Shown: positions 52,510-64,000 of the stretch, one piece after another
Numbering within the stretch: the stretch's first letter is position 1
How the letters are laid out: each line of letters begins with the position of its first letter
DNA from: Takakia lepidozioides
Taxonomy: Eukaryota > Plantae > Bryophyta
NCBI GenBank assembly: GCA_030704615.1
Contig: CM060732.1
Span: 42,656,001 to 42,720,000, forward strand
Length of the DNA: 64,000 nt
Direction of reading: 5' to 3'
Made by a program: the position numbers and the translations under genes
The notes under the pieces: generated by a model
Told to the model about the DNA's origin: nothing
What the model saw: only the letters and a program-made list of their open reading frames with translations
The model's database searches: none

Positions 52510-53500
52510 CGTTACTCAGCCATGCATAAGCCAATGACCCATGTCAAGCAATTTAGATCCATTGCTTGACCCAACACTTGGCGGCGTGATGCCTCTAACA
52601 GAGCTGGCACATCTGTAGTGCCGGTGGCAAATCCCATTGTCTGCTCTCGCTCATCCGCATTGGGCTCCACCAATTGCTGTAGCACACTGTCCCAAATCAA
52701 CCCAGGACCATTGTCTCGGAAAGCATGAGACGAGGGGAAGCTCATGAGTGTAGGTAAGGCCATATGTGGCTGCCCCACTCGATTGATCACCGCCAGAGGT
52801 GGATGGTCATCATGTCGCACCCTCTTTGGTTGCCTCCCTTGGTCCAAAATGCCCTCAACCGTGAGATTGGGTGGCCGTTGAATGGAATCATATGCTCTCT
52901 TGAGCAGCTCTGGTGGTGCAAGATTGGTCCACCATAATCGAGGTCGATGCGCGCGTGATCCCACCGCTGCTGCATCCAATAGCACCGCCGATCCAATCCA
53001 AGACCGCACCCGATGCACACTGGCCATAACCCCGGCCCGAGAATCCCCCATAAGAGGAACACTCTCCAAGATATAGCCTAGAGGTTGCACTTGCCTTGTC
53101 TGCAAGTCCTGCAACACTCGCAACATCTCCCAAAATAAATGCGATCGTGCATCATGCAAGCCATTCCCATGACCTGCGGGAGAGTGTCATTGACAAGGCC
53201 ATCCGGCTATCACCAAGTCAATGACACCATGCCAGTCCAAATCATCCGCCCCCAACAAGGTAATGTCTGCTTGCAAGGCCTTTTGATACCCTTGTATTGC
53301 TGAGAGAGGCAACAAATCAGGATACCGGTGTGTGAGCAAGGTAATGTGGCACATGGAAATACGCCGAACAATCTTATCATTCTCAATTACAAGTACTTGC
53401 GTATTCTAATCCCTGCTTGCAACACTCCCGTAAGCCCAATGCTCATGCCTCCAAACAAGTCTAGCAAACAAATCCATGAGTTAGGTAGTTGCCAGGTAAT
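52510..53500 (-). pseudogene. DNMT3/DRM-like cytosine-5 DNA methyltransferase domain inside the gypsy pol
   Basis: Motif I LLDLFGG, II IEND, III ADI, IV DLVIAGWPCQ, V LFWE, VI YILESV, VIII AHRPRLWWTNL, IX EREQTMGF, X RRQVLGQAMD. One frameshift and one stop. Confidence 0.9.
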
Positions 53501-56500
53501 GGGCCTGTGTCCTAAGGAGCTAATTCAGGAGGTCCAAGTGATGTCACTGAACTCCCCTCACTCACCAATGGAAAGGCCTCCTGCCATGCTTGGTGCATAC
53601 ACTCGCCTGCTACTTGATGCAAATTCCCAACCATACCCCACAGTGGAATATGCATAGGCACATGAGGAAGCAAATCAGCCTTGTATGCCAATTGTTTGTG
53701 ATCATCAGGTGATGGCCTATCATCGACATGACTATTGCCCTCCAAGAGCTCACCACCCCAAGCCACCACCCCTGAAAATGTAGCAAATGTGGGCATCATG
53801 TTCCTATGATCCACCACTATATTCCCAATAAACTACACTGGAAGCAGTGCATGTCGGCCATCTCCTGACTGCCATTCTGGCCTGTATGATGCCATTTCCT
53901 CTCCCAAAAGTCCAAAGTAAATCCCATGGGGTATAACATCCCCCCACCAACAAGCACATCATATGACATCGCGTCCGTAGCAATGGCTTTAGCTCTTATG
54001 ATGGAGCCATCCGTAGGATGATCCGGCTGCAATCGAATGAAGAGCTCATGGCATGTAATCCCTCGCGTCTTTTCTGAACCACCCAAAGATGGGCAAGGCT
54101 CCAAATCTGCCTCTGTAAGGCCCAAGCCTGCAATTGCTGCTTTCCCCAACATCAATGGTTGTGCTCCCGAGTCCAACAAGACCTGTAGTGGCCTATACCT
54201 CCTCCCGGCTGGGCCACCTAACTGAAACATACTATCATGATTTTCCACCAAGACTACCCCAGGAATCACCATACTGCACAATGGCTGGCCTAGCTGGCAA
54301 CTCCTGCAACCTTGCAGCTACTGCTTGCCATGGCATAGTTGTGGCTGTCTTCACCCTTGAATCCAGGGCATTCATGCATTGTACCTTATCCGCTATCCCC
54401 ACAGATAGTGCTGATGCATCACCACTCTCACAGAGTGCAGCTGCCAGTCTAAACACTGCAGCTGGCCGCATCCCTGACATTGCAATTGTCGTGGCAGAAA
54501 ACAATGGAGCTTGGCAAATTGCCATAGCCGCCCCCAACAATGTACTAGCTGCACCTTGCTTTGCAGCACCACCCACTGGCATTTCCCGAGCCATACCAAC
54601 TTTCCCCAATGGTACTCGTGGCTCTACCTATGACACACTTTGGCGAGCGGGTGCCATCGATGGCGTAGTTGACAATGTCTCAGCCAATGTAAAGGACTGT
54701 GGAAGCCTTGTCTGACGACTTGCTTCCCCTTTTTGTGGATCAAAATCCACATCCGCTCTTCTTGGCTCAGGAGTACGAGTTGCTGCTCAAGTGACAACAG
54801 CTGCAGAGTCCACATGCAATGGTCCTGCAAGTGCGGCTCCACACATGAAGCCCATACCAATCTGGTCTTTCCTAGGCATAGGAGGTTGTGCAGGCGGGGC
54901 TTGAACCTCAGGCCTTGGAGCTGATGCAATACGAGTAGTGGCCATGGTAGCAAGACGTTGCTCTAGCTGGGCAAGCCTATCCACTATGCCTTGGTCATGA
55001 CCTTGACCTTGACCTTGTGCTCCTTTTTTGGTTACGACCTCCACCGCGACCTCTGCCTCTTCTACCTCTCTGGACTACATTGCCTCGTCCTTGGCCATAC
55101 CCTTGGAACTGGCCTGGCCGTAGCTCAGGATGCAAGTCATAACAATGGGCATTTTCATGCCCATACTTGCCACAATGCCCACACTGTAGTTGTGTAGGCT
55201 GTGCCTGTGCCGGCCCTTTGCCTCTCTCCGGGCAGTCTCTCTTAACATGGGGTCCTCCACAATCCCAACATGTCACACCCGACTGTTGTTGGCTTGAGAT
55301 TGAAGGAAGCGACCTCTGCAATTGAGATCATTTCTGTCTTTCCTTGGGCTTTGCCTGAGCCCCCTTGTCGCCTTGAGCACGTTGGGGTAATGGTTGTTGT
55401 TGGCTAGAAGCTCCACTTCGTTGTGTCTCCTTACCAAACCCTACCATGACCACTCGCTCCTCTACCATATTGAGCTGTATCCGCTCTGCCAGCAAAAACA
55501 TATTTGCTAAGGTGGGTTGGGCCACTTGTAGGAGAGTTGCATCCCGTACCCTTCTACTCAACTCCTTGTCGAATATCCCATACCAGAAATGGACTGCTTG
55601 AGTTTCCGTAACCCATTGGGTTATATTTATCAATCGCCTCATGCGCGTGTAAGCCTCCCTCAAACTCTCAGTAGGCTTGCACTGGAACTCTTGCAAGCTC
55701 CGCAATTTCACCCTCGGCGAGAATCCTCCTAACTCTGAGTCTGAACCTCCATCAGAAGACACTGAAGGTGAAGGTGGCCTAAACCGCACACCTCGTCTTG
55801 TATACCTACTAGTATCGCTGGTGCTCGTACCGACATTCTCTTCAGCAACTGGTGGCACCTCCGTGATGAAAACTCGCACTCAAACCAGCTATCAACTTGT
55901 TTCTAATCCCCCTTTCCAGAAGTAAGGTGGTAGAGAACCTGTTGCGGCTTATGGTTTGGAATACTAGGTTTCCTAACCTGAACCTGCACCTGCACCTGCA
56001 TCCACCGCAGACACTTATATGGTCTGCTGGTCATCAACCCAGCCTCACCATAAGAGAAACAATGATGGTCTGCTGGTCATCACCCCAGCCTCACCACCGA
56101 CAACACGCTCTAGGATTGGCCGACCACAATATTTCCGGCACAACCACCTATAAAAACAAGCGCCCAAACCAAACTAGCATGACGCACAGTCAAGCATGCA
56201 TGTGTGGGAGGAGGATCCAAACACAAAAAACTCAAACAACAACACATCCCACAGCTTAAATCAATCGATCTCCTTGTGGCTTCAATAAACTTGCAAGATG
56301 GCCAAGTCTCTATCCAAACTAGCTTTGCCTCCGCTTACGGAAAAGCTTTGGCCTACAAGAATGATGTAAGACTATAGAGAAGGGAAGCTAAAGCAATCTC
56401 TAAGCCCAAAATGCTCTCATCCCATTACTCCCCCTATCGTCACACTCACTCTTGCTCAAGCAATAGATAAGACTATCCTTAAAGAACCTCTCAAATAACT

Positions 56501-56559
56501 CTCAAGAGCCCTCAAATTATTGCCATGAACGTCTGAAATCTGCCCTCAATCAGCCCCTA

Positions 56560-57235
56560 ACATAGACCCACCGAGGTTCAAGAAGTTCGCAAACTTGGAC
56601 TCTAAACAGTCCACCAAAGGCCCTAGGCGCCCGCCAATTAGTGGCCTCCAAGGTCTCCAACCAGCCCTCACAATGGCTCCAGAAGCCTGCCAAATATGGC
56701 CTCCAATGACCTCCAATAGTCCTCCAAACAGCCCTTAAGAAGCTCCACAAATCTGCCAAGTATTGGCCTCCAAGGACCTCCAATAGTCCTCCAACAGCCC
56801 TTAAGAAGCTCCTCAAATCTGCCAAGTATTGGCCTCTAAGGACCTCCAATAGTCCCCCAAAGAGCTCTTAGAAAGCTCCATAAGTCTGCCCAATATGGGC
56901 CTCCAAGGACCTCCAATCGTCCTCCAACCAGCTCACAAGGCTCCACAGGCCTGCAAAACATTGGCCTCAAATGACCCCAAATAGTCCTTCAAATAGCCCC
57001 AAGCAAGCTCCACAAGCCTGCAAGATATTGGCCTCAATAGACCCCAAATAGTTACCTGCAAGATATTGGCCTCAATAGACCCCAAATAGTCCTCAAAGCA
57101 GGCCCCAATACATGCTAAGATATTGGCCTCAATAGACCCCAAATAGTCCTCAAAGCAGGCCCCAATACCTGCAATATATTGGCCTCAATAGACCCCAAAT
57201 AGTCCTCAAACAAGCCCCTTGAAGGCTCAAAAATA
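56560..57235. repeat. Tandem repeat of ~55-65-bp units (TATTGGCCTC.A..GACC.C.AATAGTCC)
   Basis: About ten visible copies upstream of the DNMT-gypsy gag. Confidence 0.85.
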
Positions 57236-57244
57236 TCCACAGTC

Positions 57245-57690
57245 AGTCGATTTTTCATCCGTCATTGACCAAATTTCATCCAAAACCGCAATTTCTCATC
57301 CGCAGGTCCGATATTTCATCCACCACGATAGTTCATCCGTTAGTGCGATATTTCATCCACTGGCGCAGTTTCATCCATCGCCGTGATTTTTCTTCCGATG
57401 GCACGATAGTTCATCTGCTGCCATGATTTCATCCGCTGACGCAGTTTCATCCATCGCCGCGATTTTTCATCCGATAGTGCGATAGTGCATCTATTGATGA
57501 GATTTCATCCGCTAGCGCAGTTTCATCCACTGCAACCGATTCTCATCTAGGAGCGCCTACTGTCATCCACTCGCTCAATAGTTCATCCGATGGGACAATG
57601 GTGGTGCTCCCAACTCTAAGATTGGTGAGTGGATGAATGATGGATGAATGTGATATGATAAAAATCTGGATGAAAGTAGAGTGGATGAAT
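57245..57690. repeat. TTTCATCC minisatellite, followed by inverted GGATGAA copies
   Basis: ~18-22-bp period at 57250-57590; GGATGAA cluster at 57630-57690. Confidence 0.8.
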
Positions 57691-57973
57691 GTAAAATGTC
57701 GATTCCAGTTCACTTATCGCGTACGCAAGGTAAAAAGTTTGAAGAGGGAAGAAGTTGCTTTAGAGAAGAGAGGAGGCAATGTTGCCTTCCGTGTACAATG
57801 GCCAATAGGTTTCATCTGCAGCAATCTCACAAGAGGGTTCATTCTCGGTCGCACCCCTTTCTGTGACCTTCCTATGTTGCATCTTGTGTTCCATCTCCAC
57901 TTAGTGAATTTGCTCGACCACATCACAGAGAGTCATTGCAATGGTATGTCTGAATGGCTACATGTCTAATTCT

Positions 57974-58320
57974 GGACTAAGATGGCGTTGACGCCAGCTT
58001 AATCTCCACCCCTCTAAGCTCAAGAGAATTGGCCAAAAAAAAAAAAAAAAAAAAAAAACCACTCAAGTCCTACCGTCTGTTTGTGTATCTGTCTGTCTGT
58101 TTGTTTGTGTACCTATCTGTCTGTCTACCTGTCTATCTGGGTTTGGATTAAGATGGCATTGACGCCAGCTTAATCTCCACCCCTCTAAGCGCAAGGAAAT
58201 TGACAAATAGAAAAGCATAAACCACTCAAGAACCCTCTCTGTCTGTCTGTCTATCTGTCTGGGTCTGGGTTTGGATTAAGATGGCGTTGACGTCAGCTTA
58301 ATCTCCACCCCTCTAAGCAG
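57974..58320. repeat. Three tandem units, each a 30-nt hairpin plus A-run and (TCTG)n
   Basis: GATTAAGATGGCGTTGACGCCAGCTTAATCTCCACCCCTCTAAGC at ~57974, 58145 and 58273. Confidence 0.85.
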
Positions 58321-58819
58321 AAGGATATTGAAAAATTCAAGTGTCATAAAGAAGCTCAATGGAGATTGTATGTGTTGTTGAGTTTAAATAAGTGTATTTT
58401 AATTTGGAAGAAGCTTAATTCCAGCCCATAAGACCAACGAACGTTACCTTGATCTGGCATATTCGGGAAAAAAAAATCAGAAAAGAAAATCAGTTTTTTT
58501 TCTTTTTCTTTTTTTTTTTTTTTTTTTGCCTCGGAATATACGAGAATTAATGTGGTTGACGCCACCTTAATATCGAGCCTGTTTCCCTCTACGAACATGG
58601 CTCCTCGCCAAGGCTTTTATTCATTTTTATTTTGATTTTTGATTTTGGGGTGAATTGTCATGTTCCTTGTGACTGCAGATGATGATTGATACAGACGTTG
58701 TTTGGAAAATTTGAGAGAGAGAGAGAGAGAACGTCCGCGAGTGTGATGAAACACAGGAGCTTGCTTGCTTGCTGACATTAATCCAAGTAGGAGCTGCCAT
58801 GGAGTACCAAGCAGGCAGG

Positions 58820-61665
58820 CATGGTACTGCTACTGCCATGGAGTACAGCTCGTCGATTCCTTACCATGGCTATAGAAAGTGTCTGGAAAATCCTGTGCTT
58901 GCGCGAGCTTAGCATTCCCGCTGTTAACGTGGAGTCTGAACTGAGCTGGAGAGGTCTATATGCCGTAGCACATGGTATGGAATTGCATACAATTTTGCAA
59001 TAAGTTGGATTCTACAATTTGGTTTGGAAAATTGGCTTCGCTATCAATTATGGAGCCTAATGCAAGTATTGAGTAGAGCGTTAAATGATCAAATGTCATT
59101 CATAGCAGCTTCTTGTACGCATTTCTTAGCGGGATTTTATACTATTTCAGATGGCCACTCATACAGCTGTCACCAACCTGAGAAGCATATTGGGAGCTTT
59201 CAGCCAAAAAACATATTAATATGTAATAGAATAACTTCTACCTCTATGTTGATTAGAGAGGGACTGTCAAGCTCGCGACTGATGTAAGTGAATTCTCTGC
59301 ATTGAACGAGTCAGGCGACGGGAAATGCAAGTGAAAACATTGATTTGCAGAGATGCTGTCAATTCATTGGAACAACTGATCAGCTGATTTATAACACACT
59401 CTCTCACGATAACCTTGTGGACTCAAGACAACCTCAGAGAGAATTCCATTTACCAACAAATGTCTTAACAAGTTCTATGGGCCCCGGATTTATTTTGCTT
59501 GTTGTCAATGCTGAAGCTTGCTTTTCGTCATCTGCAGACTGGATGAGAATAGGGGTATTCTGTCTTGAATCTGGAGAAGCAGTTGTGACTGGGACTTCAC
59601 ACAGTTTCGACATACAAGAGTGCGTGGCACAAAAGTTCGGGCCCAGTGAAGCTTTACGTTGTTTCCGATGTTAACCCTTAAACGCCCAGTGCCATAGTTT
59701 GACTTTTTCGGAAAACATGACCCCTTAAGTGAAAAAAACGTGTAACTTTCAGAAAATTAACTTTTTAAAGAACTTGACCGCACATTAGGTGCGTACCTTC
59801 CTCCTGCATCCACCCGCCGAATTTGAGGCCAATCAGCCTCAGATCCCAAAAATGCCACCGTTGAATGTGGGCCCCATTATTGGGGCCCTTTTGAGAAACA
59901 TATCCATTTTTGTTAAATATTTGAGTGACGGGATCAAATGGGATTGAGGCGAAATTAGCTGGGTTTCATTCCCTTGAGATCCCTCATCCAACAAGCCAAA
60001 AAGTATCCAATTTGGCCAATGCATGTGATGTTGCCACTTGGTCAAACTTGGGAAAATCCCATGTTTCTCTCCCGCTCTCACACGTGTGAAGAATGAAACA
60101 ACGAGAATTACCTTTATCAAATCGGGACCCCCCTGCTTGCGTGATGAGACCTCTTTGCAACTTGGCAGATCCGAGGCAATGGGGCAATGAATCTTGGTGT
60201 GCCAGGTGCCCAAGAACACTATATTTTTTTTTCACACAATTCCATGGAGAATGCAAAAAGTTATTCAGATTTTTCTAAACCCAAAGCCCCAAACGGGTTA
60301 CTGGGCGTTTAAGTGGCATATGGATTGCAGGTAAGTGATAAGGAACCAGATCAATATTGATGTGTCTTCAAATTCAAAACCTCACACAGTTTGAGATCCT
60401 GCTCCAAACTGTTACTCGTTTGAACCTTGATTCCACCATATGCTCCTGTTCTTCCTGTGTGGCTAAAGGTGTTCTCAAGTCATTTGGTAACCAGACAAAT
60501 TGTTCTCGTGATCTTTTTCCACATCTGCATTTAGTACTTTGCCCAGTTTGCAACCTCACAACTTGTGAAGGTGAGGTTTTCCTTAATCAGCTGTCACGAA
60601 AATCGTTCTCCACATGTATTCTCTTGTCTTTTAGCAGCACACATTGTTTGGTGTGAGGGTTGGGTGAGAAGATATTCTGATACCATCAATTTCCATTTCT
60701 TGTAGTAGGGACAATGCAAATACTTGATGTTCGCGATTGGAAGCTTTTCCAACACAACGAGTACAAGATATCCCATTGGGAGTTTGAAGAAGCAGGTGAG
60801 CACACTATTTCAGGCCACTGCACTCAAGTAGCTGCAGGCGACACGGGCCATTATGTCAGCAAAGGAACTCGCGGTACAGTTATCACCCACAATTAGAGTC
60901 CAGTATTCTTAATATTTGATACTCATCTGGTCATTCCAACATCCAGTCTAGGAAATGTTCTTGCATTCTAAGGAATTACAGCTTCCCTATAAACTTAACC
61001 AGAATTGCTTTCCCTGGGACCTTCCTTGGATAATGACCAAAACCAGTCATACCCGCGGTCTATCACATCCAGTCATGCATGTACATATTGCTGCTAAAGG
61101 CTTGCACAATTAGCTGGGCATATTCTCAGATTTCTGATAAGTTGTTATGCCTAGCAGATCTACTGGATCTGAAATCCTGGGTTGCACCATCTGAGAATGG
61201 GCAACCAGCAGGCAAAGCATCAGCCAGCACCAATCTACAGGCAAATCAGGGTAAATATGTACCCCTCCTTCTAAATCACTCAAAGAGCCATTGGGCTAGA
61301 AAACTCTCTTTACAACAGATTCTGCTTTCTTAGCTTATGCACAGATTGAAGGAGAGAAGTCTCCCAGTCTCTGTGGCTGCTGTGACGTTTCCTACATCAG
61401 ACAGATGCCTTGCATTGCTGTGCAGTCATGGCTTTTCATGATCACATTTCTAAGAATCTTTTTCCATATTTTGGGTTTTGATAGGACCAGTCAACCTGGT
61501 CTTTCCTTGCAGACAGGTTTGCAAGTCAAGATCCAGATTATGAGGGCAGGAGTTGACGGACCCGTAGTTGGAATCCACATCTCTCAGCAGCTTGTGTGTC
61601 GTCTAACCGGTGGTACTGTCTACAAAGTTCACAGTTCACAGTTGTCACAAATAAAAAATCCATAG
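58820..61665 (+). pseudogene. RMF1/2 (At3g61730)/ZYGO1-like F-box gene, apparently disrupted
   Basis: WKILCLREL..W..LY | DGHSY..EKHI | DWMRIG..GIWIA | LHLVLCPVCNLTTCEG | TMQILDVR..W.FE..GEH | LDLKSW..TNLQANQG | LQVK..MRAG.DGPVV.I.ISQQL. A donor reads GG (~59192), an acceptor reads AC (~60523), and a MITE sits in an exon. Confidence 0.8.
59675..60314. mobile_element. piggyBac-like MITE inserted at TTAA in an F-box exon
   Basis: Left end TTAA|CCCTTAAACGCCCAGT, right end ACTGGGCGTTTAAG; the terminal GG and right TTAA are missing. Confidence 0.6.
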
Positions 61666-61772
61666 AGGCCATCGGAAAGCCTAGAGTCCGTGCACCTCCA
61701 CTGTTTGACACAATGTAAGCCCACTCCAAGATGATATGTAGATCCTTCTTATTAAGAGCAGGACCTGATATT

Positions 61773-62394
61773 TCAGATCTTCAAGTCTGCGGTCCAAGTG
61801 CCTTGGATGCTAGGGCGCTGGGTAACATGGCGAGTTTTGAGCTTCACGACCTTACAACCCGTGGAGTTGCGCAACCGCATGGCCTGCAGCAATATCTCTT
61901 CGGGATTCTTGTTTTTGACATCCACAACTCTCTCATTTCTGTTCACTGCGACCCCACCCGAAACAGAACACACTCACAGCTCTGTTCCAAAGCAGCGGAG
62001 TAGAAAACTAAGAAAACTGCACACAAAAATGGAGAAGTTACCGCTCTTGCTCTTAGGAAGCCTTGAAGACTCACCAAAGCAACCTTTCAAATAAGGATGA
62101 TGACCGCGCAATAGCTCAGTGGCCCCCTCCAATTGTGGGTTTTGACTGCGCAACCTCGGCAATAACTTCTCCACAAACTCCCTGCAAAATACCATGAAAA
62201 CCCTAAACTTCCAGCCCCCAAAAGCTTCATTTGTGAGAGAACCCTGCGTCCGTAGGCTTGAGGAACACATGCAGACAGCCCATATACAGAGAGAAGAAGA
62301 GAAGTCACACACACCTGGCGCCGATGCTACTGCCAGAGTGGTCACAGAAACAGAGCGCAAGTTTTTTGAGCTGCCACACTCCCCTTACCGCCAT
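61773..62394 (-). CDS. MRPL43: Mitochondrial ribosomal protein mL43 (L51/S25/CI-B8 family). Exons 62315-62394, 62075-62181, 61773-61945
   Basis: MAVRGVWQLKKLALCFCDHSGSSIGAR|EFVEKLLP..NPQL..RGHHPYLKG|VNRNERVVDVKN..RLRNSTG..PSIQGTWT; GT-AG introns in frame. Confidence 0.95.
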
Positions 62395-62737
62395 GCTCCT
62401 TGGCCACTAGACTCTGCTTGTTTTGTTTTGTAATTTTTCAGTTTCTTTGCAACAGAGAGCCACGTCAGAGGAATCCAAAGCTGCACTCTGATTGGGCAGA
62501 GCCCTCAATTCCTCCTTTCAAAGGACCTCTAACTTGTCACCGGAACCTGGGGTGCAAACGACCCACAATAGCCGGTCGCATGGCAGAGCTGCAAGATTCA
62601 GAAGCAGGGCGAAGGAAGCAGATTCTGGGGCCAAATCTTGCTACTTGACAGGTGTGCTATTCTCTTCTCCCCCTTCCCCGGGCCGGTGTCCCACTCATAC
62701 GCCTTCATGGCGCGGTTATTGTGAAATTATTGATTTC

Positions 62738-64000
62738 AGTATACCCTGAGGGTATAAGTAAATTATTTTTGTCAAATCATTTACCCTCCCCGGGTATGGA
62801 TTTTTTTTTTTTTAAATTTCTTTGGAGGAACAGGGAAGGTCTGGGATAAATTGAAATCTCAAAAAATTATTTACCTTCCGGGTATGGGTAAATTAACTTG
62901 TCAGATTTCTATATAACCCCCAGGTATAGATATATATGCCAAAATATACCATGAGGATATGAACAGTTGTCTGGGTATGGATAGTTATTTCAATTAATAT
63001 ATAATTTAATGGTTTTAAAGAATATATAATGTTCTTCAATATGTACAAAACCAAAAAAAAAAACACAATCTATGGTAAAAGAGAAAATTGATAAGATATT
63101 GCATAATATTTTGGTTTTAATTCCCAATGCAAGATGGAGGAGGTTTGAGATTCAAAAAACAATTTAAAAAAAAAATCCTCCCCTCAAGGGCCTAAAATGT
63201 CAGTTGTTGCTCCTTATATATATGCCAGATCTGAAGAGGCATCTTTGGGTTATATGACATTTTAGGAATGATGTATATAGCATTTGTCTTAGCTGTGATT
63301 GGAGCTTTATTATAGCTCAAGGCTCCCTAACAACACAACAAAATGAGAAAAGACCTAGCACCTAAAGGCTATGAAGGCACATAAAGGCCCTTATATACCC
63401 TGATTAGATATACCCTTCATTTTAACAGAGCATACCACGCTTACCCGACGAGTTAAGCGAGATCGTCGCTACGCTCCCCTGTTCCCTCTGTCCCCTCCTT
63501 GTTCCCAGTCCCGCGCCCCTATCCCTATCCCTTGTCCTCGTTCCCTATTCTTGGTCCCGCTCCCCTTCTCGCCTTATGGAACGCGGCTTGTTCCCCTGTT
63601 CCCGGTCCTCGCTCCACTCCTCGCTCCCAGTTCCTGACCCTGCTCCCCTACTCGCCCTGTGGAATGCGGCTTGCTCCCCTGTTCGTGGTCCCCACTCCCC
63701 CACTATGGGGAGCAAGGATCTTGGACCGGAACAGGGGAGCAAAATTGGAGAATGTTGGGGAACATGGTCCTAAAAGTGGGGAGCGTGAGGAGGGAGCAGG
63801 AGGTGCGGAGCGCTCCCCACCTTCACAATGGGGGGAAGACATTTGACAGGAAGTCTGCTGGAGCCTCCCCGCTCAGGCCAGCGCCCTCACGCGCTTGCCT
63901 TGAACTCCTGGGAACGTAGTCCTTGCCCATTTTAACATATACCCTTCAGAAAAGTAGGGTATATTGAGCGTCTGGATAAGGGTATATCATAAAAATATAC
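62738..64000. mobile_element. MITE-like region with TACCC..GGGTA palindromes, containing a GC-rich repetitive insert (63440-63930)
   Basis: TATACCCTGAGGGTATA-type motifs at 62740-62980, 63395-63415 and 63940-63990; GCTCCCC/TGTTCCC repeats in the insert. Confidence 0.4.

Larger units (their letters stand above)
48784..55900 (-). mobile_element. Ty3/gypsy retrotransposon with domain order gag-PR-DNMT-RT-RNaseH-IN-PHD (degenerate; 5' LTR not seen)
   Basis: gag 55328-55879; CCHC knuckles CWDCGGPH/CGHCGKYGH; protease LLDSGA; RT RMCGDYR..TLDLRSGYHQ..PFGLKNAP; RNase H TDHQPL; integrase HEELGHFG..C..C, D,D,E. Confidence 0.93.

Noticed and set aside
52510-53500. Bacterial restriction-modification methylase or contamination
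   Set aside because: It is embedded collinearly in the gypsy pol with the same decay pattern, has a DNMT3-type motif VIII, and has no partner endonuclease.

Overview
Eukaryotic plant genomic DNA, most likely a moss or other bryophyte (inferred from gene and TE families, not proven). Host genes are sparse: an Mpv17/PMP22 gene (+), an intronless secreted GNA-type bulb lectin (+), a disrupted RMF/ZYGO1-like F-box gene (+) and mitochondrial ribosomal protein mL43 (-). The rest is a nested TE field containing a Sola/DUF7869-like relic, a LINE RT, a SINE, hAT and piggyBac-like MITEs, Dualen/RandI-like LINE fragments (RNase H + zinc finger + restriction-like endonuclease), GCM-type Mutator transposases, and a two-LTR chromovirus (TSD CCTGC) carrying a nested CACTA. 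Two TEs appear to carry chromatin-writing enzymes. A Ty3/gypsy element encodes a DNMT3-like cytosine methyltransferase between protease and RT, plus a C-terminal PHD finger. The CACTA carries a SET-domain exon inside its transposase locus. The chromovirus also shows a Tf1-style self-priming PBS. All calls come from motif reading by eye; no searches were run.
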